A DNA stretch of 32,000 bases from NCBI GenBank assembly GCA_030604855.1, contig JAUVVC010000001.1, positions 120,001 through 152,000 on the forward strand. Direction: 5' to 3'. The first letter of the stretch is position 1; every line of letters begins with the position of its first letter. Source of the stretch: Erysipelotrichaceae bacterium. GTDB taxonomy: Bacteria > Bacillota_I > Bacilli_A > Erysipelotrichales > Erysipelotrichaceae. This document shows positions 15,201-21,819 of this stretch, piece by piece. The notes beneath the pieces were generated by a model that was not told the origin of the DNA, searched no databases, and saw only the letters and a list, made by a program, of their open reading frames with translations. Both the position numbers and the translations under genes were made by a program.

Positions 15201-15981
15201 AATCCAAGTAACCCAATCTGATCAATGCCTTCAACAAGCCATCCTGATCCACATCCTCTGTGACGTGATCGGCGATGGCTTTTAATTTGGGATCCGCATT
15301 ACCCATGGCAACGGAGATCTCAGCGCCTTGAAGCATTTCCATGTCATTCTGTGAATCCCCGAAGGCTGTGAAGCGATGATCCAAACCTAGATCATTCAAG
15401 AGCTCATGTATGGCACTGAGCTTGCTCACACCTTTGGTTGCCAGATCCGCATAGGTGGAGACCGATACAAAAGTCGTCAAACCTTCAATGGCTTTGTAGG
15501 GGGCATAATCATAACCCTTTGGGGCATAGACCAAAAGTTTATCAATCGGTTGATCGACATAAACCCCTGGCAGAGGGATGGGTTCATTGAAGAAATGATG
15601 GGCTTCAAAGACCAAATCATTGGGGATATCCATCATGAAATCACCACGAGGGGTGCTGAAATACACGTTCATGTTTAAGGCTTTGGCTGTTTCAATGACC
15701 TTAAGAACGCCGGTTTTAGGTAAGAAATGATGATGAATGACATCTTCCGTTCCTTTGACGACCACTTGACCATTGCTTAGGCATAAGCCGCTCCAGGGTA
15801 CCAGATTCAAAGCACCGGTTTCTTTGAGCAGAAAATGACTGCGTCCCGATGCGATGGCGATCTTGATGCCTTTATCGACGAGACGTTTAAGCGCATCCAA
15901 GGCGGATTGTGGGATGGTGTGGGTCTTACTATCAATCAAAGTGTTGTCGAAATCAAAGAAAATCATTTGTGGTAAGTTCAT
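15199..15981 (-). CDS. Cof-type HAD-IIB phosphatase
   Basis: Motif I FFDFDNTL, ASGRS, and GDSQNDMEML with GNA near the C-terminus. Confidence 0.85.
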   Translation of the reverse strand: MNLPQMIFFDFDNTLIDSKTHTIPQSALDALKRLVDKGIKIAIASGRSHFLLKETGALNLVPWSGLCLSNGQVVVKGTEDVIHHHFLPKTGVLKVIETAKALNMNVYFSTPRGDFMMDIPNDLVFEAHHFFNEPIPLPGVYVDQPIDKLLVYAPKGYDYAPYKAIEGLTTFVSVSTYADLATKGVSKLSAIHELLNDLGLDHRFTAFGDSQNDMEMLQGAEISVAMGNADPKLKAIADHVTEDVDQDGLLKALIRLGYLD

Positions 15982-16006
15982 AGCGGGCTCACTTTCTATC
16001 GTTTCT

Positions 16007-16015
16007 AGTATAACA
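16007..16015 (-). promoter_or_regulatory. Extended -10 element for the minus-strand HAD gene
   Basis: The minus strand reads TGTTATACT, 25 nt upstream of the ATG at 15981. It is the same 9-mer as the hyd promoter. Confidence 0.45.
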
Positions 16016-16143
16016 GAGTGCTGTTCAGGATGTCATATCTGCGCATCATATGAAGCGAGTATTTTCAAATGGAATTGAATGCGGAAGTTGGATCGAAAGC
16101 AACCAAATAAGTTACACTTTTTGCCAAGTTTTTAAAGTGGATG

Positions 16144-16152
16144 TGATACAAT
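16144..16152 (+). promoter_or_regulatory. Extended -10 element immediately upstream of the plus-strand HAD gene
   Basis: TGATACAAT ends 6 nt before ATG 16159. No SD lies in between. Confidence 0.35.
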
Positions 16153-16158
16153 GGGGCA

Positions 16159-16968
16159 ATGATAAAATTGTTCGTGTGTGATATCGATGGGACCTTGTTT
16201 GAGCCCAGCGTGGGTGTTCCAGAAGCGAACATCCAGCAATTATTAGAGTTACAACGCCAAGGGATACGTTTGGCTTTGGCCAGTGGACGCTCCACAGGCG
16301 CGATGATAGAGATCGCCAAACGACTCCAGATGGAGCAGTTTGATGGCTATTTGATCGCAGGCAATGGGGCGGAAGTTCTGAGTCTTAAGACAAATACCTA
16401 TCTACATAAAGCGCATCTGAGTGTCGAAGAACTTCATGAGCTTGTTGCGGTGGCGCAGAGTTTGAATCTGCATTTCTCGTGCATTCAAGAGAAAGTCTTG
16501 GTGTATACACATCATGATCGAGCGATTGAACATGAAGAGGAGCACGGTGGTTTGACGACACGTCCGTTATTGGATGTGAATGCGATCACGGTTTCGAGTC
16601 CCAAGTGTTCATTGAACATTGAACTGGAGGAGGATCCTGCACGCATGGCTTTGTTTGCGGAACACTTCAAAGGGAAGATTGCGATGGAGTGGATCCTACC
16701 ATGGTACATGGATTGTGCAAGCTTAGGTCAATCCAAACTCAATGGGGTCAAGATCTTGGCGAAACATATCGGTGTAAGCTTAAAAGAGGTCGCAGCCATC
16801 GGAGATGGGGAGAACGATCGTTCCATGTTGGAAGGGGTCGGTCTATCGGCAACTTTGGAAAATGCGCACATCAGCATTCAAGCGCTTGTGGATCATGTGG
16901 TCCCACACGTAAAAGAAGCAGGGGTTGCCCGCTTCGCTCAAATGATATTGGATTCAAGAACTCACTGA
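16159..16968 (+). CDS. Cof-type HAD-IIB phosphatase
   Basis: Motif I VCDIDGTLF, ASGRS, GDGENDRSMLE. Confidence 0.85.
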   Translation: MIKLFVCDIDGTLFEPSVGVPEANIQQLLELQRQGIRLALASGRSTGAMIEIAKRLQMEQFDGYLIAGNGAEVLSLKTNTYLHKAHLSVEELHELVAVAQSLNLHFSCIQEKVLVYTHHDRAIEHEEEHGGLTTRPLLDVNAITVSSPKCSLNIELEEDPARMALFAEHFKGKIAMEWILPWYMDCASLGQSKLNGVKILAKHIGVSLKEVAAIGDGENDRSMLEGVGLSATLENAHISIQALVDHVVPHVKEAGVARFAQMILDSRTH

Positions 16969-16978
16969 GTTCTTTTTT
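16956..16978 (+). terminator. Rho-independent terminator after the plus-strand HAD gene
   Basis: AAGAACTC-act-GAGTTCTT hairpin followed by a T-run. It lies inside the 3' end of the convergent transporter gene. Confidence 0.5.
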
Positions 16979-18245
16979 CTTGAATGTCGTACCAAAGCAT
17001 GGGAATCATGCCGAATAAGCTGGCAATCGCAGGATACAGGGTGATGAGGGTAAAGATGGCAGCCATGGCTTTGGGTTGTTGGAGGGTGTTTTCAATGAAA
17101 CCACTTTGATCCAAGAGAAAACCGATGAAGAATAAACCAAAAGCAGATTGAAGCTTGGTAGTGAAAGTATGAAACGCGAAGCTCAAACCTTCGGTACGAA
17201 GGCCGCTCTTTTGCTCATACGCATCAACACAGTCTCCGACCATGGTATAGGTGAGTACATCGTTCAAGCCCAGTGAGAGCCCCATGATAAAGAGGAAGGC
17301 ATAATTGACCCAAGCATTCTGGTATCCAAGGAAGTAAAGAGTGATATGTGCTAAGAAGCCCAAGACCAAAGACGCTTGATAGAGTGTTTTCTTGGTGAAG
17401 TGTTGTTTGAGCTTTGGTGTGATGAACATGGCCAAGATCATGGCCAAGATCAAGAGTCCACCGAGTAAAGAGAACTGTGCTTCATCCTGAAGATTGTATT
17501 TAGCGAAATAAAGTCCTGCGGTCGCAATGACCATACGGAAGGCTTGAAGCAGACGCGAGGATTGCAGAATGATCAAGGCTTTGTTTTGTAAGAGGTTCTT
17601 GAAGCTGCTGGGTTCCGGATTGTCGGCTTGGATGCGCTCATGCGCATGGCGTCCAACCAAACTAAAGAGCAAGGAACCGATGGATGCCATCAAGACAGCT
17701 GTTAGAAGGTAGGCTTGTTGGCCACCGCCCCAGAGTTTGATGAGCAGGGGTGGTAAGACGATGGATACGGCCAAACCGACATTGCAGAGAATACGAGCCA
17801 ATGAGACCAAGGACAGACGTTCTTTCGCATCCGCTGTGATCGTGACACTCAATCCCCAATAAGGGACATCACTGACGGTATACATCAGATCCCAAAGAAT
17901 GAAACTGACATAAGCATACAAGAGCTTTAGTGCTGGAGACATGTCAGGGACGAAATAGACCAAGACCGAGATGACGAACATCGGAATCGGAATGGCTTTG
18001 AGGTAGGGAATCAACTTGCCTTTGGGACTGGGGTGGCGATCGATGTAGTTGCCCAATATGGGATCATTGATGGCGTCGAAGACGCGTGCCACCAACATCA
18101 AGGTTCCGACTGCAATCGGTGCGATCAAGGCCACATCGGTGTAGAAGACCATGATGTAAGCGGTCGTGTAATTATAGACCATGTTTTGTCCTAAACCAGC
18201 TAGACCAAAAGCCCAACGTTCTTTGCGTGTGATTTGTGTTTCCAT
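16962..18245 (-). CDS. Glycoside-pentoside-hexuronide (GPH)/MFS-type cation symporter
   Basis: 427 aa with about 12 TM segments. The N-terminus RKERWAFGLAGLGQNMVYNYTTAYIMVFYTDV is typical of MelB/YicJ-type GPH carriers. SD AAGGA is upstream. Confidence 0.75.
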   Translation of the reverse strand: METQITRKERWAFGLAGLGQNMVYNYTTAYIMVFYTDVALIAPIAVGTLMLVARVFDAINDPILGNYIDRHPSPKGKLIPYLKAIPIPMFVISVLVYFVPDMSPALKLLYAYVSFILWDLMYTVSDVPYWGLSVTITADAKERLSLVSLARILCNVGLAVSIVLPPLLIKLWGGGQQAYLLTAVLMASIGSLLFSLVGRHAHERIQADNPEPSSFKNLLQNKALIILQSSRLLQAFRMVIATAGLYFAKYNLQDEAQFSLLGGLLILAMILAMFITPKLKQHFTKKTLYQASLVLGFLAHITLYFLGYQNAWVNYAFLFIMGLSLGLNDVLTYTMVGDCVDAYEQKSGLRTEGLSFAFHTFTTKLQSAFGLFFIGFLLDQSGFIENTLQQPKAMAAIFTLITLYPAIASLFGMIPMLWYDIQEKRTQ

Positions 18246-18246
18246 T

Positions 18247-18276
18247 GTGACATCCTTGTGTTAGTTTTAGTATACT
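18247..18276 (+). promoter_or_regulatory. Candidate promoter for the small ORFs (and possibly radC-mreCD)
   Basis: GTGACA, 18-nt spacer, TATACT. The palindrome AGTATACT also offers a -10 on the minus strand for the transporter gene. Confidence 0.4.
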
Positions 18277-18307
18277 GAAAACAAAGATAGAAATATAGGG
18301 AACTGTG

Positions 18308-18469
18308 ATGGAATCCATTGAACGTTTAAGTAAAATCTTAGTGATCAAGAGTGCGGCTTGTTTGGAAATGATTCAGTGGAAGAATCAGGTCTTGGATAAA
18401 GAAGCCTATAAACAGAAACTCTTGGAAGTCCAAAAGACCTTGGATGAACTCCTGGAATACTTAGGATAA
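18308..18469 (+). CDS. Unannotated small ORF, 53 aa, predicted helical soluble protein
   Basis: MESIERLSKILVIKSAACLEMIQWKNQVLDKEAYKQKLLEVQKTLDELLEYLG. AGGGA lies 6 nt upstream of the ATG. It falls below the ORF-track length cut-off and I recognised no homology. Confidence 0.35.
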   Translation: MESIERLSKILVIKSAACLEMIQWKNQVLDKEAYKQKLLEVQKTLDELLEYLG

Positions 18470-18506
18470 TGCCTTAAGCTTGCGTAAACAAGAGTGGAGG
18501 TGCTTT

Positions 18507-18632
18507 ATGGCCACAACTACCGTTCTTGTTTATATCGCCGTCGCTGCCGGGGTGGCAGCCATCTTTAAGATTTTGACCTCATCACGGGGACGCGTCAGCA
18601 TTCCCGGGGTCGAGATGACCTGGGGGAAATAG
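18507..18632 (+). CDS. Unannotated small ORF, 41 aa, single-TM peptide with a basic C-terminal tail
   Basis: MATTTVLVYIAVAAGVAAIFKILTSSRGRVSIPGVEMTWGK. Strong SD GGAGGTG lies 5 nt upstream. A terminator hairpin overlaps its stop codon. Confidence 0.45.
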   Translation: MATTTVLVYIAVAAGVAAIFKILTSSRGRVSIPGVEMTWGK

Positions 18633-18651
18633 AGGACATTGTCCTCTTTTT
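18631..18651 (+). terminator. Rho-independent terminator or attenuator directly upstream of radC
   Basis: AGAGGAC-att-GTCCTCT followed by TTTT, ending 5 nt before the radC ATG. Confidence 0.55.
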
Positions 18652-18655
18652 CACG

Positions 18656-19333
18656 ATGAAAATCAAAGATGTCAATGTAGAAGACCGTCCCCGCGAAAAG
18701 CTTCAACGCTATGGGGTCAAGGCTTTAAGCAATCGTGAGCTGATCGCACTCTTATTAAGAAGTGGGACGAAGACGCACAGTGCTTTGGATCTGGCGGATC
18801 AAGTTTTGCATAAAAGTAAAGGTTTGTTGGGTTTGGCACAGTGTGAGATTCAGGATTTCATGAGCATCGATGGCATCAAAATGGCCAAGGCTTCGGAGTT
18901 GTGTGTGATTGGTGAATGTGCACGGCGTATGGCTTTTGACGCTGCGCAAGGGGTGAGTGTCGTCGATCAACCACAACGGGTCATCCATTGGCTGCAACGG
19001 GAGATCGGACATTGCATGCAGGAACATTTCATGGTTGTGTTTTTGAATACGAAGAATCACATTCTTGGTTATCGTCCTCTGTATGTGGGAGGTTTGGATC
19101 GTTCCATCGTCCATCCCCGGGAAGTCTTCAAACAAGCCGTTGCGCACTCTGCCGCCCGCATCATCGTGGTGCACAATCATCCCAGTGGGGATGTGACCCC
19201 GAGTGAGAACGATTTCATGGTCACATCTGTATTGGAAGAAGCGGGTGAAACTATGGGGATTCCACTTTTGGATCATTTAATTGTCAGTCCGCAGCGTTAT
19301 CTGAGTTTGAAAGAGGTGCTCAGAAAAGATTGA
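18656..19333 (+). CDS. radC: RadC-family JAB-domain protein
   Basis: DRPREKLQRYGVKALSNRELIALLLRSG N-terminus and HNHPSGDVTPSENDF JAMM motif. Confidence 0.9.
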   Translation: MKIKDVNVEDRPREKLQRYGVKALSNRELIALLLRSGTKTHSALDLADQVLHKSKGLLGLAQCEIQDFMSIDGIKMAKASELCVIGECARRMAFDAAQGVSVVDQPQRVIHWLQREIGHCMQEHFMVVFLNTKNHILGYRPLYVGGLDRSIVHPREVFKQAVAHSAARIIVVHNHPSGDVTPSENDFMVTSVLEEAGETMGIPLLDHLIVSPQRYLSLKEVLRKD

Positions 19334-19358
19334 ACTTAAGGGGACCACTCTATATAAT
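19330..19358 (+). promoter_or_regulatory. Near-consensus sigma-A promoter in the radC-mreC junction
   Basis: TTGAAC (19330-19335), 17-nt spacer, TATAAT (19353-19358). The -10 ends only 12 nt before the mreC ATG. Confidence 0.5.
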
Positions 19359-19370
19359 GGGAGTACAGTT

Positions 19371-20219
19371 ATGCGCAAACTCTCACCTTTACAAAGGGTT
19401 CTCATCAGCATCATCGGCTTGCTTCTGAGTGTGACCTTGATTCTAAACGTTATCCAATCAACACGCCCCACCGCATCCCAAACGGGAGAGGGCGTTCGTT
19501 TTTATGCACAGCTTCAATATGCCTTCGTTCAAAGACCTATTTTTGCGATCACCAGTTTCGTGCAAGATGTGAGTACCTTGTGGTCGACCATGGAAGAAAA
19601 TAGGATGCTTCGTGAGCAGATCGATCTGATTGCGACCTATCAAAGTCGTTTGGAAGAAGCCTATCGTGACATTGAAGCTTTAAAGCAGTTGAATCACTTG
19701 AGCTTGAGTTTGAGTGAAGCCTCAACGATCTCCGCCACAATCATCCAACGCAGTATGGACAGTTTCACGCATGCGATCGTTCTGAATGTCGGCTTGAATG
19801 ATGGGGTAGAAGTCGGGGATGCGGTCATCAGCAGTCTTGGTTTGCTGGGCAAGGTCGTGGAAGTCAGTGAGAAAAGCAGTGTCGTTCTTTTATTGACGAC
19901 GGAATTGGACATTAATAAGATCAGCGTCAAGATTCAAATCGATCCGACCAAGACCTCTGAAGCCATCTTGGAGCGTTATGATCCCAACACCAAGAGTTAT
20001 TCTTTAAAGCTCTTGGACACCAACTCCTCCATCACTGTCGGGATGAAAGTCATTACCTCAGCGGCAGGGGGCTTGTTTCCAAGTGGATTGTTGGTTGGGG
20101 TCGTGAATCATGTGGAAACCTTGCCTAATACGATTGGTTTGAAGATATTGGTCACGCCTGCAGCGGATTTCTATGATTTGAATTATGTTTTGATCGTGAA
20201 GCGTGGCGTCAATGAGTAA
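19371..20219 (+). CDS. mreC: Cell shape-determining protein MreC
   Basis: N-terminal TM segment, coiled-coil segment (LREQIDLIATYQSRLEEAYRDIEALKQL), then the beta-rich domain with GDAVISSLGLLGKVVEV. Located between radC and mreD. Confidence 0.85.
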   Translation: MRKLSPLQRVLISIIGLLLSVTLILNVIQSTRPTASQTGEGVRFYAQLQYAFVQRPIFAITSFVQDVSTLWSTMEENRMLREQIDLIATYQSRLEEAYRDIEALKQLNHLSLSLSEASTISATIIQRSMDSFTHAIVLNVGLNDGVEVGDAVISSLGLLGKVVEVSEKSSVVLLLTTELDINKISVKIQIDPTKTSEAILERYDPNTKSYSLKLLDTNSSITVGMKVITSAAGGLFPSGLLVGVVNHVETLPNTIGLKILVTPAADFYDLNYVLIVKRGVNE

Positions 20220-20769
20220 GTTCATCTATCTTTTGATCTGCTTTTTCATGGATCTCATTCTGAGTCATATTTTTCCGATCGATTACGCCCTGTATCGCTT
20301 GAACTTCATTCCACATGTCGGATTGATCGGTTTGATGTTGGTGGCACGTGAAATGGATCTGGGAACAGCCTTGATCATTGCATTCGGCTTTGGTCTATTT
20401 GTGGATCTGACACACTATGGTTATTTCATGATGAATGCCTTTGTGTTCACTCTGACTATCTGGGTTTTGCGTCAATGGTCGAATCAGGTCAATGAAAGCA
20501 TCATCGAGCTACTTGTTTTGGGTGTATTGACGATTTTTGTCAAAGAGTTGCTTATCTTCAGCATCTTGCATCTCTTCAGTTTGAGTCACATACGCTTTTT
20601 GGTTTGGTTCTCGCATTGGCAGTTCTTGAGTTTGTTGGGAAATCTTCCACTGATGGCTTTGGCGATCTATGGCTATCATTTGCTTGAAGGTTTCTTGTCC
20701 AACAAAGATCGAAGACGGCGCCAAGGTGAGAAGACCTTGTGGATGAAGATGCTTAACCCCTATGAGTGA
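20212..20769 (+). CDS. mreD: Cell shape-determining protein MreD
   Basis: Small polytopic membrane protein immediately after mreC. ATG 20212 (overlapping the mreC stop) is preferred over GTG 20203. Confidence 0.7.
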   Translation: MSKFIYLLICFFMDLILSHIFPIDYALYRLNFIPHVGLIGLMLVAREMDLGTALIIAFGFGLFVDLTHYGYFMMNAFVFTLTIWVLRQWSNQVNESIIELLVLGVLTIFVKELLIFSILHLFSLSHIRFLVWFSHWQFLSLLGNLPLMALAIYGYHLLEGFLSNKDRRRRQGEKTLWMKMLNPYE

Positions 20770-20772
20770 GTA

Positions 20773-20781
20773 TGATATAAT
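20773..20781 (+). promoter_or_regulatory. Extended -10 element upstream of the TroA-like lipoprotein gene
   Basis: TGATATAAT lies 19 nt upstream of ATG 20800. Confidence 0.4.
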
Positions 20782-20799
20782 AATCGAGGTAAAAGCGGC

Positions 20800-21756
20800 A
20801 TGAAACAAATTATCAGAACCATCACGATCCTCGTCTTACTTAGCTTGAGTTTAAGTGGCTGTACGTTTGCCAAACTCAATGTGGGTGTGACGACCTATCC
20901 CATTCAATATCTCGTCAATCGTATCGCAGCGGATAAGGTGAATGTTTTGATGTTTTCCAAAGGACAGACGATGCTTCGTACGGAGATTGTGGATGACTAT
21001 CAGGAACGCTTGGGATCGACGGATGTGTTGTTTCATTTTGGAAAGTTGGAGCCGTATCTAACGCTTTATTTGAATGAACTCCAAGCCACTTCGATGCAGT
21101 TGGTGGATTTGACCAATACAGCGGGTGTGTATGAGTTTGCACGTTATACGACGACGAATTTGGAAATGAATCGCATCAGTTTCACCAGTCCGTATTACAC
21201 GGGTGAGGCTTTTAATAAGATCGATACCTATGATACCGACCCATATTTATGGTTGGATCCGATTACGATGATCTCGATGGCGGGTACGATCAAGGATTGG
21301 TTGATTGAGAAGTTTCCGGAAGAGAAACAATTCTTTACGAGTAATTATGATATGTTGAAACAAGAGTTGGCGTTCATGGATGCGGATTATCAAGAACTGT
21401 GGAAACAGGACATTGCGTTTGTCTCGGTGACCCCTTCCTTTGGCAATTGGCAGAAGGCTTATGGGGTTCGTGTGTATCCCTTGATTCTATCCCGTTATGG
21501 GGCGTTACCGACGGCCACACAGTTGGCTTTGATCAAAGAGCGGATCAAGGCGGATGAAGTCAAATTGATCGTGCATGAGCCCAATCTCAGTGAAGATATG
21601 GAAGCTTTGTATAATGCGATTAAAACTGAATTGGAACTCACTTCGATTGAACTGCATTCCTTGACGTTCTTAACTCAACAGAATATCCTCGATAATAAGG
21701 ATTATAAAACCATCATGTTTGAGAATCTGGATGTGCTTGAAGGACTTCAACCCTAA
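20800..21756 (+). CDS. TroA/ZnuA-fold lipoprotein lacking the canonical metal-binding histidines
   Basis: Lipobox LSLSGC. VGVTTYPIQYL and DPYLWLDP are the fold hallmarks, but Tyr sits where DPH has His. WQKAYGV region is present. No adjacent ABC transporter genes. Confidence 0.65.
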   Translation: MKQIIRTITILVLLSLSLSGCTFAKLNVGVTTYPIQYLVNRIAADKVNVLMFSKGQTMLRTEIVDDYQERLGSTDVLFHFGKLEPYLTLYLNELQATSMQLVDLTNTAGVYEFARYTTTNLEMNRISFTSPYYTGEAFNKIDTYDTDPYLWLDPITMISMAGTIKDWLIEKFPEEKQFFTSNYDMLKQELAFMDADYQELWKQDIAFVSVTPSFGNWQKAYGVRVYPLILSRYGALPTATQLALIKERIKADEVKLIVHEPNLSEDMEALYNAIKTELELTSIELHSLTFLTQQNILDNKDYKTIMFENLDVLEGLQP

Positions 21757-21779
21757 CCAAAGGAGACTTTGGTTTTTTT
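21756..21779 (+). terminator. Rho-independent terminator
   Basis: ACCAAAG-gaga-CTTTGGT hairpin followed by T7. Confidence 0.7.
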
Positions 21780-21791
21780 ATGGAAGGGCTA

Positions 21792-21800
21792 TGTTAAAAT
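21792..21800 (+). promoter_or_regulatory. Extended -10 element for polA
   Basis: TGTTAAAAT lies 20 nt upstream of ATG 21820. SD AAGGTGA lies in between. Confidence 0.4.
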
Positions 21801-21819
21801 AGAGAAAAGGTGATTTGAT

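Noticed and set aside
4848-16016. A shared 11-mer TGTTATACTAG at the hyd promoter (plus strand, 4870-4880) and the HAD promoter (minus strand, 16005-16015), considered as a possible repeat element.
   Set aside because: It is too short and is fully explained as two instances of a strong extended -10 consensus. The flanking sequences are unrelated.
16040-16075. A possible CcpA cre site (TGAAGCGAGTATTT) between the two HAD genes.
   Set aside because: It does not align with TGWAANCGNTNWCA: the central CG is out of register and the right half-site is missing.
20770-20799. A possible Zur box upstream of the ZnuA-like lipoprotein gene (TAATAATCGA).
   Set aside because: There is no dyad symmetry and no match to the TCGTAAT-N-ATTACGA type palindrome. 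The sequence is better explained as an extended -10 (TGATATAAT).
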